A DNA stretch of 64,000 bases from assembly GCA_016748015.1 (NCBI GenBank), contig JAAOMT010000197.1, positions 220,388 to 284,387 of the forward strand, written 5' to 3'. A model generated the notes under the pieces. It made no database searches. It saw only the letters and a program-made list of their open reading frames with translations, and was not told where the DNA came from. Below are positions 14,158-26,030 of the stretch, in pieces (position 1 is the first letter of the stretch; the number at the start of each line of letters is the position of its first letter). Source of the stretch: Geosiphon pyriformis uo1 (lineage: Eukaryota; Fungi; Glomeromycota). Made by a program: the position numbers and the translations under genes.

Positions 14158-14709
14158 AGCGAGTGAATTACTCGCCTTGTTCATCGTTCTTTCGCGAGCA
14201 AGAACTCGAATAGATCACAATTCGTTCAATTATTTTATTCCAACCGTATTGCCTAGGTATCAATGACAAATATCATTTGATTTTTTTCCAGTTACCTTTA
14301 AAAATATTAGTTCACATACAAGCTTCGATCTTGATTTTCAGGTATCATCGCAACAAGATTCCTCAATAAACGAATGAACCACAATCCCAAAAGTAAAAAA
14401 TCAGAATCATCTTGGATTCTATCGTGAACTTGGTGAAATAAAATTGTACTTTCCGACCAAAATTTTTCGTTTCGACCTAATTCTTGTCTATGATTAATAT
14501 ATAAATTATAATAAAATTAAAGACGACTCTTATAACATGATTTAAAGAAGAATTTAAGGAAACTTATACCGATACTCTTGATTGAATTGTAGTTCTGCCA
14601 GTACAGATTTCAAAATCTCAATCAGCAAATTAAAATTTTTGGAATTTTTTTCTTGCCGAAAAACTTCGATCCTTTCTAAGAGTAATAGAGTTTTATTTTG
14701 ATTTTCCAT
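12369..14709 (-). CDS. ATXN10: Ataxin-10 homologue (Ctr86-like ARM-repeat protein), multi-exon
   Basis: Assembled exons give LLRNLVA..ENQ, RSGSQALSNI, KRDIVKVIGNMAYENQLVQDE|...GGIQLILNQCNIDDNNP|YIREHAIFAIRNLLQGNIENQKLI, the Atx10 C-terminal domain. Confidence 0.88.
14126..14154. repeat. (TA)n microsatellite in an ATXN10 intron
   Basis: Directly visible dinucleotide run. Confidence 0.95.
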
Positions 14710-14765
14710 TTTAAAAATAATTTTGATTTCTAAAATTTTATGTTCATTTAAATAGGATTTCCAGT

Positions 14766-14774
14766 GTCACGTGA
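14766..14774. promoter_or_regulatory. GTCACGTGA E-box (Cbf1/bHLH-type) upstream of ATXN10
   Basis: About 60 bp upstream of the start codon at 14709. Confidence 0.45.
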
Positions 14775-15150
14775 AAATTTTCTTGATCAGAGGGGATGAT
14801 AATAGTGATTGATCAGAGATAACCGCCAATTTGTCAACATAACAATACGCGATCCTAGTGGACGGGGGTTTTTTTGAAGTTGGAAAATCTTTTTTTTAAA
14901 GTATGAGCAGGAAGTTCTATGAATCGTATGAATATAAATATATGTATATATATAAAATGAACTTAACTTGGGTTGCTTTTTCAACAACAAACTTTATTTC
15001 AGATAAAAACCGAGATTCATATAAATTGGCAAAGTACTGAGACTTTAAAACACATGACAAAAAAAATCTTAAATAAGATTTTATATCAATACAAATTACA
15101 AATTTGGATTAAAAAGTTTTATTTTTTATTTTTAAATAAAAATCATTATT

Positions 15151-15152
<2 letters not shown>

Positions 15153-15203
<51 letters not shown>
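15153..15203. repeat. (AAT)n microsatellite
   Basis: Directly visible trinucleotide run. Confidence 0.95.
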
Positions 15204-15204
<1 letters not shown>

Positions 15205-15313
15205 TTATAAGTATACTGACTCCAAAATTAAGTAACTTTAAGGAAAATCTATTTTATTAATTAATTCATCCATTTGAAAAAATAATCTTATAAAGAATTT
15301 CTGTAATAAGGCC

Positions 15314-16508
15314 TCATCTTAATTTCAATCTTGCGGCCATTACAATATCTTTTCCAAATTGTTTATACTCTAATTGATCAATTTCTGGCAAGTTACCATT
15401 ATTTTCCTGAGAAAATAAATAAAAGAAAATTTTAAATACCAGATAAAATCGAATCCCAAAAATTGTCAGATCAGTTCTTACATTATTTCTATCCTTTTCG
15501 AAAGCTCCAAGATCAAAAGCGGAAATTCCATTAATACCAACAAAAATTGGGGCAATTGTGATGATTAATTGGTCTACTAAGCCACTCAAAAGAAATGATT
15601 TTATAATTTTCGCACCACCTTCCACCATCAACTTTGAAATTGAGAATGGAGGGTATCTTAAGATGGATAAAAGATGGGGTAGCGAGCAATACCCTAATTT
15701 TTAAAGAAGAAATTTTTGTTAAAAATGGGTTAAAAAGTTGTGACATTTTTGAAAATATTAACCATTTTGATCATAGTCGATTACACATATTCTGGCACCC
15801 GCTTTTTCTAATAACTATTTGTTGATTTTTGGATAGATTGAACCAATCATTAATTTTCGAATAAAATTTTTGTTCGAAATAAAAACAATAAAAAATGCCA
15901 ACCGCTCTTTTCGATACATCATGCTGGATACTTGTAAATATCCACGGACTTTTCCCAACTTCCTTTACTTGTGTTAATAGTCTAGCATTGAGAGGGAATC
16001 GTAAATGAGAATCCAAGATTATTGGTTGTGGTTGTGAGACAATTGATTTCTCTAGCCCCAGATGCCGAGCTGCATATTAAATATGATATTGATTTCTTTT
16101 GCTAATCCAAAATTCTTGCAAGAAAAAGTTTGCAAATCTTTTACCTGTCAGCTGCGGATCATCATTAAAGATCGTACCAATTCCAACCAAAATACCATCA
16201 TGCATCGTTCGCAATCTAAGACAAAAACAAATACACTCAAAAAAAAATTTTTTGTATTTTCTAAAAAAAAAAAAATCTATTTAAAAACTTTTATTTCCAA
16301 TATACCGATGTGTCATAATCATGGATTCTTTACAACTTAAAATCAATTGCTTTCCTCCTTCGTACCCAATTTTGGCATCTAAGCTTTGTGCATAGGTCAA
16401 TGTCACAGATATTTTTTCATTTATAATATTATTGCCTTGATTCTCGTCCTTTGTTTCAAAAATTGAAGATAAAAATTTCTTTGTCTCATCATGAACATTA
16501 GTAGACAT
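15314..16508 (-). CDS. RIB7: 2,5-diamino-6-ribosylamino-4(3H)-pyrimidinone 5'-phosphate reductase (RibD C-terminal family)
   Basis: VTLTYAQSLDAKI, HDGILVGIGT...DDPQL, QPIILDSHLRFP, LMVEGGAKIIKSFL, DQLIITIAPIFVG. Confidence 0.85.
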
Positions 16509-16643
16509 GCTTTCGAGAATTGTCTTGATTAGTAATTTGATCTATTTTATATAAATATAAAAAATTTCGAAGTAGATGATACATATTATAATTTTTGCCA
16601 ATTTATATATTGGTAATCAAATTTTTTCTTGTAAGACTAGAAA

Positions 16644-16949
16644 ATGGCTGACTCACAAAACATTGCCAAACTTCGTTCTTACCTGAATCTAAAAGCACAA
16701 ATATCAGTAACTGATGGTCGTTTGTTCTATGGTACTTTTGTTTGTATTGACAAATATAAAAATACCATATTGGCTCATACAGAAGAATTACGTGGAGGTA
16801 TTATATCATAGTAATAATAATTTTGAAATCTTTTTTTGGGTAAATCATTTTTTTTCTTTGGTATGGGAATAGAAGAGAAAAGATTCGTCGGTCTTATTAT
16901 GATACCAGGTAGACATCTAATAAAATTTGAGATTGAGGATTTAGATTAG
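16644..16949 (+). CDS. NAA38: LSM-domain protein, probably the NatC auxiliary subunit Naa38/Mak31; 2 exons (absent from the ORF track)
   Basis: MADSQNIAKLRSYLNLKAQISVTDGRLFYGTFVCIDKYKNTILAHTEELRG|EEKRFVGLIMIPGRHLIKFEIEDLD*; Sm1 and Sm2 motifs. Confidence 0.8.
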
Positions 16950-17439
16950 TCAAAGATGAGTATGTAAATCGTCTTGGATATTTTTGTTTTATTTTATTTT
17001 TTTTCTCTTTAGCCTCATTTCTGGTAATTATATACCAATAAATTGACTATCCAGGCAATGCTTGAACATTATCAACTTCAACACTCTATATTGTGCTTAA
17101 GAGAGAAAAATAATATTTTACTTTCTTTAAGACTCTAATAAAGTCATTTGGCTTTTCAAAATGCTGAGTTGGTAGTACTAAAAATTGATAGATACCTGCT
17201 AAACATAACGAGAAAAAGATTAACTTGTTCAAATGAACTCTGAATAAATTTCTTTTGATATGACTTAAAAAGTCATTCCCAGAAATTTTGGAATTCAAAT
17301 TAGGAAAAATCTATAAAAATACAATCTTTTCATGTTTCCCTTGACTTCATTTAAAGCATATAAAACTTTAAGGCAACCGAACTCCCAAGGTCCTGTTAAT
17401 GATAAATAAGGAAACTTCCCAACTATTCTCAGCGTTCGG

Positions 17440-18365
17440 CTATGATATTTTTGATCCTTTTTTAAATTAACTGAAGAAGTTATTTTTAATCAAGATTGAT
17501 CCAAGTGACATAATTCCTCTTTACCTTGAAGACGAACATTCCTTGTTGCTGAGGGGATAGTAACAGTTATTCCATCTATTTCGGGTTTCATGACTATCTG
17601 GCATCCCAACCGTGATCTACCCAAACGAGTCGTTGCAAAATGAGCAATTATCACGAATGGTAAATGCAAAGCGTTGAATTTCCTATTACGCACGTCTCCG
17701 TTAATCCGAAAGCCAAATCCAGCATATCGTTTTCCTCGTCGGTAGGTTCCTCTAATTTTTCATAATATTTTGGATCTACTATGACATGACAAGTTGAACA
17801 TGCCAATGATCCCTCACATGCACCTATGATTCGATCCTTGAGTTATTCAAAGTATTAAATTGAGATTTGCGAATATTTGAGCCGCCAATGTACACACATT
17901 CGAGGTCAATATCGTGCCCCATTGTAATATCCATTATGCTGTCACCCTCTTTTGCTAATATTGTATGCATATCACCTTCACGGTCCATTATATTTATTTT
18001 TATACTGTGTAAAAGTAAGATTAAGGAGTCATATAAAGAATTTGTTCAGTTGGGAAGCAAAAGGGAAAATTACCTACCCCTCACCTTCTTTTGGAGGCGT
18101 GAGTTCTTTGTGCCGAAAGACTGTAAATAGGAAAAAAGGTCACAGTTAAATCGCAAGCTAATTAAAAGGAATCCCGGAAATGCGTACCTGTAGTACAAGA
18201 AAAACATCGTGCTGACTTGAGATTTAGCTGAGAAAACTTTAATAAGTTTCTATTAGAAATATTTTTTGAATTTCTAGTTCTATTCTGAGGGCAAAATGGT
18301 ATTTGAATTTTTGTCTTGGACAGTGACTGTTTTGCCAAATTTGAAACTCGTGAGAAGGAAAACAT
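17440..18365 (-). CDS. YAH1: Mitochondrial [2Fe-2S] ferredoxin (adrenodoxin-like); last exon ambiguous (stop 17440 or 17300)
   Basis: Arg/Ser-rich presequence; [33 protein letters not shown]. Confidence 0.93.
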
Positions 18366-18520
18366 GAAGTTAAAAATTTCGAGTTACAGAGCAAAAATAA
18401 TTCGTATGATTATCCAGTCGTTTCCAAGACGGGGAAATCTATTACCTAATTTTGTCTCGTGATACAAGATCTTGGAAAAAATATAAATAGGGGCTGGTAG
18501 AATCACTCTAAAAATGCTTG

Positions 18521-21500
18521 ATGGAAGCCTTTAAACATCGCACCCTTATTTTGATCGACTGTCACCCAGACTCTCACACAGTTTGCCTTACTGGACCGGA
18601 AGATTTTGGTTAGTTTATATTTATTTTCTCTCACTGTTTTCGTTAATTTATCTTGCTAACAAACAAAAATTAATCATATCAAAGCAAATTGTACTTTATG
18701 GTCATGTTTTGTTGAAGCTACTTTAGAGTATTGTCGTATAGTGTTTGATACGCTAGAGGGCAAAAGGAATGATCCATTGGTAATTTTTTTTGGCTCAGAT
18801 TCCCAAATTTGTATAGAATAGTTGTCAATTTGCAATGGGTAATCATTCTTTTTTTTAGGTGTCAGTTCACGTTGCAGGTTTACCTGCAGGACGAAACGTT
18901 CTTAACAGTTGGGATCAACAAAATCTTAATCAGGTTCAATCTTCTTTAATTACTATTGTTTAAAATGAATATAAATTAAAAAATTTAACCCTTAATTCAT
19001 TATACTTTCAGATCGCTCAAAATTTCTCATACATTTCTCCTCAAGCAGTAGCTCCATCACCAATGCGAATACCTTTGGCATTAGAAAATGCTATAGAGTC
19101 AATCGAATTTGATCAAGTACGCAATCCAAAAATCGCAAGGTTCGTGTTATTATTGATGGGTAAAGGTATCGACGATAGAGAGTTTAAGTGAGTATTTTTT
19201 TTTTAAAAATTTTGATTTTATCCAGTAATCAAAATATATTGTGATTTAATTTTTAACTGATTGTTAATTTACCCCTCAATACTCACCAAAATGCTGCCTT
19301 GCCCTATTTATATATTTCAGTTATCATGAAACAAGGGAGGAAACAGTAGCAAAAGACCTTCGTCAAATGATTCTTGCTGCATGGACCCATAATTCCCAAC
19401 ACAATACAAAGTAAGGTTTCATTATAATCATAAAACCAATTATCAATGATACTTCTAGGCGATGTCTCGAGCTCTATAAACGAGTTTACCGCATCAAAAT
19501 ATAGTTATCTTTCTACAGAAGTATCAGCTTGGTATCTTGGATACCAATTATGTGGAATGTAGCCTCGGATTCCTAAAATTCAGATTTAACTGATAGTACT
19601 CTAGAGCACTGTCATTTTGACATTTTACGAGTTATTCCACCTCATGGAACTATCCCTGATGATATGCCCTGGACCGAGGTATTTAAATTTCATGAGAAAC
19701 TTTGTTGAAACAAAATTTAATTGATTTTTCTTTGCTAAATTTTGACAATATATTTGTTTTATTTTATTTCTAATCTATAAAAGTTATCATCTAAAATATC
19801 GGCCACAGTTTATAACATATCTTCTCATCGAGAAAATCTCACTTGTGCTATGATTCACCTATCCCAGATGCATCGAAGGCTCAATTCTTTACATTTAGTT
19901 GGGGTCCCTATGAAAGTTAGTTTAATTGGCTTCAATAAAATCCAGTCTTTATTTTTGTACGAAACCACCATTTAATCCCCTGTTGAAATTTAGAAAACCT
20001 CCCAAAATACAAAAATGACCTATGAGATCGATTTACTTTATCCACTTTGGCCGCATAACCCCTCCCTCAAAAAGCCCAATAAAAATGTGGCCCAGACGAT
20101 GAAAAGACGCATTTACGAAAAAGGATATTTGGATAAACGACAAACAGTCGTTAGATGGAGCAAAAAAGGGCACGAATTAGGTTTGTTCAATTTTCTTTTA
20201 TACTTAATGCAATAAGTTGTCTTATTTATCCCAACATCACACCATCAACTTTCCATAGCACAAATTATTTATACTCTTTCATGACATTACACTTTTTTGA
20301 ATTTGTGAATTCTCTCTTGAATTCTAATGTTGTAAATATAAATTATAGATACGCTTGTTACTCGGTGCGCTCATACTCTTACGCCCTTGGATGTAAGATT
20401 AAATCTTTTATAGTCTAAATATGCTCCTATGTGAATTCATAATGAGTTATTTTATCTTAGATTACACATTCTCCGACTTCCGTGCTAGTTCATAGCTTAC
20501 TTAATGGTATGTTAATTCAAATAATGTAATCATGTCTTTGGATTTGCAATTTCTCAAGTACAGACCTACTGTTACTTTTATAGGATCTATTCAACTTTTC
20601 ACCACTCTTTCCTCCAGTACTATTAGTTCCTCAAGTGATAGCCCTAATCCCATAACAATAGATAATTACTTGACACATATGATATCATGTCGTGACGGTC
20701 AGTCAGCTCACAACTAGCAGTCCTCTTTCTTACTATTTATAACTTCAATCCCGCTTCTCTTAAAGGAATCTTATACCTCCATTGCCTTTCACACTCAAAA
20801 GAGGGCAACATTTTCAAACCCGATTTATTAAACATGCCACTTCCCGCAGAAATTGAGACTTTCTCAGTCTTAAAAGAGCTCCCAGATCCATATGTTGAGG
20901 TAAGATTTTACTTACTCAATGAGCGAATGAATGATATAAACGATTTATTTACCCTTAAAAATATTTTTGATTTTCTTAGGATTTTATAAAGCGCATTGCT
21001 CAACCTAATATCCTGAGTGGCCAAAAGCAATCCGTGGAATCAAGTCAAACTGGTTCAGAAAATTTGAAACCATATGAGGTTCCCGGCAATGACTTTCGGG
21101 AGTTTGGGATTGCCGAAATTGAAAATTTTGATAACTTAAATTGGGGGGCTTCCGAAAATAATATCAAAAGCTCATTCTTTTTGGACTGGGAGACAAGATG
21201 GTGGAAAGGATTTTTGATAAAGAATGGCGACAATGGCATGAAATTGTTAAGTGGAGTTAAAAATCAGGTTTGATCTTATATTTCGTGGGTAAATTCATCG
21301 CTGACATATTTGTGAACTTAACAAATTAATTTTGAATTCATTTCTAGACTCGTGCAATAGAAATATTAGCTCAATTCAAGAAATTGATATGCGTGGAAGA
21401 ACCTGAAGAGAATTTTGAAGAAATTGTAAACAAGGTCTGACGGAATTATATTGATCTTGAGCTGTTTTACCGATAATTACTTTACTATATAGATTGAATT

Positions 21501-22398
21501 TTAAGTAATTTGAATTCAATTCCAGAGCCTGGATAATCTCTTACAAATGACGAGAGGCTCTGACAACTTTGAAAGGTATTTTCAAAGTTGAAGGAGTTTA
21601 ATTAGCGAATATTTCTAACTTATGAGTTTTAAATCAAGTCAAAAAGATTCTGTTATGGTTTTAAAACAGATTCGAGTGATTGGTGAAATATTTAAATCGG
21701 TCTCGATTAAACACCAGGAAGTTGGTTTAATTTCTTACTCAGTATTAAACAAAAAATTTCATTTAAAGATCTATTAATTCAAGAACCTCTATCCTTTTTA
21801 GATAAGCCAAATTATTAATCGTCGTATTAAGCCCGACGGCACAGAAAACAAACAACCACAAACATCAAAACTTAAAAAATCGAAATCTAAAGCGCTTTTT
21901 AATAGGTTAGAATCGAAATCTTCAGATTCTGAAACTTCCATGGTGTGGCAGCAGCTTGATAGTTTCAATAATATGACACACCGAGAACTTAAAGATTTAT
22001 CGGAACAAGCTCCATCACCATCGGCTGGTGTACCGTCGCAGCAACAACAAACAAATCAAGGTAATACACGATTTAGTAAGCCAGGCTATCATCCAGATTA
22101 TTATTTTCACAAAAATCGAAGAGGAACTGCAGGTGGAAAAAATTCACGTGGTCCAATCAAACCTGGGGTCCCACAGCAGCAAGAAGAGCAACAGACATTA
22201 CCTGTTAATCCTATACCATATCTTGACTTTAAGCCAGTGAGCGCAAGAGAAATTGCACTTGAACGCGAAGAATATAAACGGCGGCTCGGGGATAAGGGCT
22301 CTTTGTTTTATCATTATTGGATTTCTCAGAAAACAGAAGAACAAAGTTTTAATTCTATGCAAAAATTGTTTTCTGCTCGGTTCCCCTTGAATGATTGA
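18521..22398 (+). CDS. INTS13: Integrator complex subunit 13 / Asunder homologue, many short exons
   Basis: Spliced exons read HRTLILIDCHP, TLWSCFVEATLEYCRIVFD, NVLNSWDQQNL, LVGVPMK...TYEIDLL, CAHTLTPLDITHSPTSVLVHSLLNG, THMISCRDG; collinear with motifs recalled for animal INTS13 (SLWTCSVESSMEYCRIMYD, HVLNSW, ITNIPMK...NYDVELL, ISPVDVNSRPSSCLTNFLLNG). Confidence 0.85.
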
Positions 22399-22539
22399 AC
22401 CCCTATTTTACGAACTTTGAAATGAGGATAGAGTTGAATTGTAAAATAATAAATTTTTACTGGGTATGTGAAATGACAGCTGAATTTCTTAGCATCTTAA
22501 TGTGTAGAAATTTACCAGGTTAGTCAATTTTGAGTTTTT

Positions 22540-24450
22540 AATCATTTAATATTCACTTTAAAAAGTTATTTAACTTGATAATTATATCATTTTTGTTAGT
22601 ATTAATTTTTTATTAATTTTATAATGATTTATTTTTTATACGAAGCATATTGAAATAAAACAAAAAAATTATTATTATGAAAATAAAACTTTAGTAAATA
22701 AATAATATTATTATTATTGTATTATATTTATTATTGTGTTTTTTTCAAATTTTTAATATTATTGAACATTTAATTAAAACTTTGAAAATATATATATTAT
22801 AAAAAAAGCAAAATAAAAAAATTGCTTATATTTTTATTTATTTTTTAAGTATATATATATTTTTTGAAGTATTAATAAAATTATTAACATAATTAAAAAA
22901 ACATATAAGTTTTATTTATTTAATAAAATAAATTCTTTAATTAACTAAAAAATTAATATTTTTAATAATTATAATAATAATAATAATAGTATTAAAAAAT
23001 TTAAAAAGAAAAAAATTGCTTTAAAAAATCAAAAATTATATATATAATCTTTATTAAAAAATTTATAAATAAAAAATATTATACAAATATTATTAACAAA
23101 ATCCAAAATCTTTAAATTAACCAGTAAAAAAATTTTGGGTTTTAAAAACAACAATTTAGACAAATATAAAAAAACAAGAATAATATTAAAAAATAATATT
23201 AAAACTAAATATTTTTAATTAATATTAATAAATTATAACATATATTTAAGTTATTATATATTATAAATATACAAAATTTAATATAAATAGTTAATAAAAT
23301 TAATAGGTTTTTTAATTAAAAATTCTTAGATATAATAATAAATAATAAATTTGTTAAAATAAAATAATATAATTTTAATTAATTTAAATAGCTAATTATA
23401 CATAATTTGTTGTGTAATATACATTTAATATACAATAATTACATTGTATATAAAAATATTTAATGATTAAAATATACTATATAAACAAAAAAATTTATTA
23501 TTATTATTAATATTTAAATTTAAAAAAAAATATTATTTATTAAATAAAAAAACAGATTTAAAACAGTATTAATAAATTTAAAAACGTTACAAAAAAAATT
23601 TATTATTGTTGTGTTTATTAATATTAATAGTTGTTTTTTAATTACTTTATTTTTTTTTGGTTATTTGAAAAGTAATATAATAGTTAATATAAAAATTTTG
23701 TTTAAAAAAAAAACAAATATTTAATTATTAATTTGTTATTAAACTTTTTTTTTTGAGACCCAACCACTATTTACATATAAATATTTTATGATAAACACAG
23801 CTTACACTATGAAATATTCAGAATGTTCTTACTTATACCAACATATGCCAATCAAAGATCGCTAAAAATTTTGAATAATTAAAAAAAATTTAACTGTTTT
23901 TATTAATAAAAAAGTTTTTTCAATTTTTATTTTTTAGTTAATTATTTTTTTGATTAATTATTATAATGTTGAAAATTTATTAAAATTTATTACAAGTAAA
24001 TTTTTTAATATTAGTTATTAATCTTTTTATTCTATTAATTTTTAAACTTATTTATTTTTATTTTAGTTAAAAATTTTGCAAGTTTTTAAAAAAATTATTT
24101 ATTTATCATATTTGAATTTTATATAAAATTTAAAATTACAAATATAACAAATATTATCAAATATTATCAAATTATAATTAATTGCGTTTATATCACAACT
24201 ATAAAATAATTAAATATTACATTTTTTGTATTCTGTGAAAATATGAAATTATTACCAATAATAAATTTTAAATACATTTTATTTTTATCAAAAATATGAT
24301 TAATTTGTTTTTCTACTGTATTATCTTAAATTTTTAAACAAAATAAACTAAGATAATAAATTTTCCCAATCAGCTAACTTTTATCCATGGAAAATACTTA
24401 TTTTGTTGATCAAAATATAATAACTAGAATAAACAATAATATTAATATTA
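22540..24450. other. Extremely A+T-rich intergenic tract
   Basis: Almost no G/C, no ORFs. Confidence 0.85.
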
Positions 24451-24947
24451 CATACACGTTGGGTGTGTCGTATCAGATACTCGGTATTTGAAACGAAAGC
24501 TGAAAGATAAGTTCATGTTTAAACAAAAAATAATTTTCTTAAGAACGTCTCAATGAGTTTAACCTAACGCTTTAAGTATTTTTAACAGTCGAATAGATAA
24601 ATATCTAAAAAGATGGAATAATAAATATTGGTTGTCCCGAGATCTATGGGCTGAAAATCATGATCAAAAATTTTAATATTTTTTATCAAGATTCAATATA
24701 AACTGAATGCTTCTTTAATTTTTAGTTGACGTGGGGAACATTGGCGTTTCTTAGCTGTAGTTAATCTGGATCTGAACTTTAGAAAGGTTCTTGCTATATC
24801 AAATAATTCAGATTCTTAATTTCAACTCAAACCTTCTTCTCCCAGAAAAAGCAATTGCTAAGCGCTAGAATTTAAAAGGACTAATAAAGCAAGGTAACAT
24901 TACAAATTTCTGAAACTTCACAAACACTTTATCCATTTAACTCCAAT

Positions 24948-25613
24948 TTATTTGTCATTAGTTCCATCACGGGGAATATAATCGATTCCCATTTCATCTA
25001 ATTGTTCTAGTAACGCGGATGGAACACGTCCAAGAATCCCAACCGCATAAATTCCTCTGACGTATTCATCTTGAAATGTAGCAATTTTAGAAATATGTTC
25101 ATTTTAAAAGAAATAATTTAATAATAATCGCAATAACTGTTAATTTGATTGAGAGTTATACTCCCTTACCAATCTTTTTGTATTTAGCAACCCAAGATCT
25201 ATCGGGCCGCATATTTGCGATCATTCTGGTTTTAAATCCAAAATGAAATCAGACGAATTGTTGAAGAAGCAAGGAAGTTCTTCGATTCAATCAAGCAATT
25301 CACCCGTCAAAATTGGTCGTTGTACACTCAGCAACGCGTTCTGCGCTACCACTCATGCGTAAATATTCCTCGCAATTGTCACAGCCGTCACGTTTAAATT
25401 GTTCATAATTCTTTCATAGTAGATGAGGTTGAGTAAAGTTAAAGATTTACAATTTTATAGAGTGAATTGTTCAAAATTAGGAAATCATTAGTTAATAATT
25501 TCGATTCTCAAATGACTGGTTAACAAACGAAATCGTTTAATGAATCTTACCTTGACTAGTGAACAAAGTAAACAGGCACGTAATTGTCGCATGTTTTGTG
25601 GGGTGGCAGCCAT
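24948..25613 (-). CDS. SPT4: Transcription elongation factor Spt4, 4 exons (absent from the ORF track)
   Basis: LRACLLCSLVK|NYEQFKRDGCDNCE...ECTTTNFDG|MIA...SWVAKY|...GIYAV...YIPRDG. Confidence 0.95.
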
Positions 25614-26030
25614 TATTCCTGTGTCCTATGGAAGTTGAATAAAGATGTGCTAATTAAAAAAAAAAAAGTCCAAATAAATCGAGTTGCTCTGAATTATTTC
25701 AAGGCAGTAAAGTTTCATAATAAATACAAAAGCTCGAGTTGCACCGATCTAGCCTTATTAACCTCATAAACAAAAATTTACTATTACACCATCATCTTAT
25801 TTACCGAGGATCTTTGAATGTAAAGATAGTACAAATTTCTTTCTTTTTTGCATATCATGCAAAAACTGCGTATTTGTGAGAGTTTGCTTTTCAGGGGATA
25901 ACCCGTAATCTGACACAGTGCTCAACTTGAAAAGAAACTTTCAATAACCCTTATCTCTGTCTCAAATGATTCTTTCGTTCCTTCTCCTAGAAGATAAACA
26001 TCTTAGCAAACCTCCTAGTTTTACAGAAAA

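Noticed and set aside
17425-17435. GCUGAGA motif suggesting a TPP riboswitch in YAH1
   Set aside because: The conserved downstream CCUGAUC...AUGC/ACCAGCGUAGGGA elements are absent
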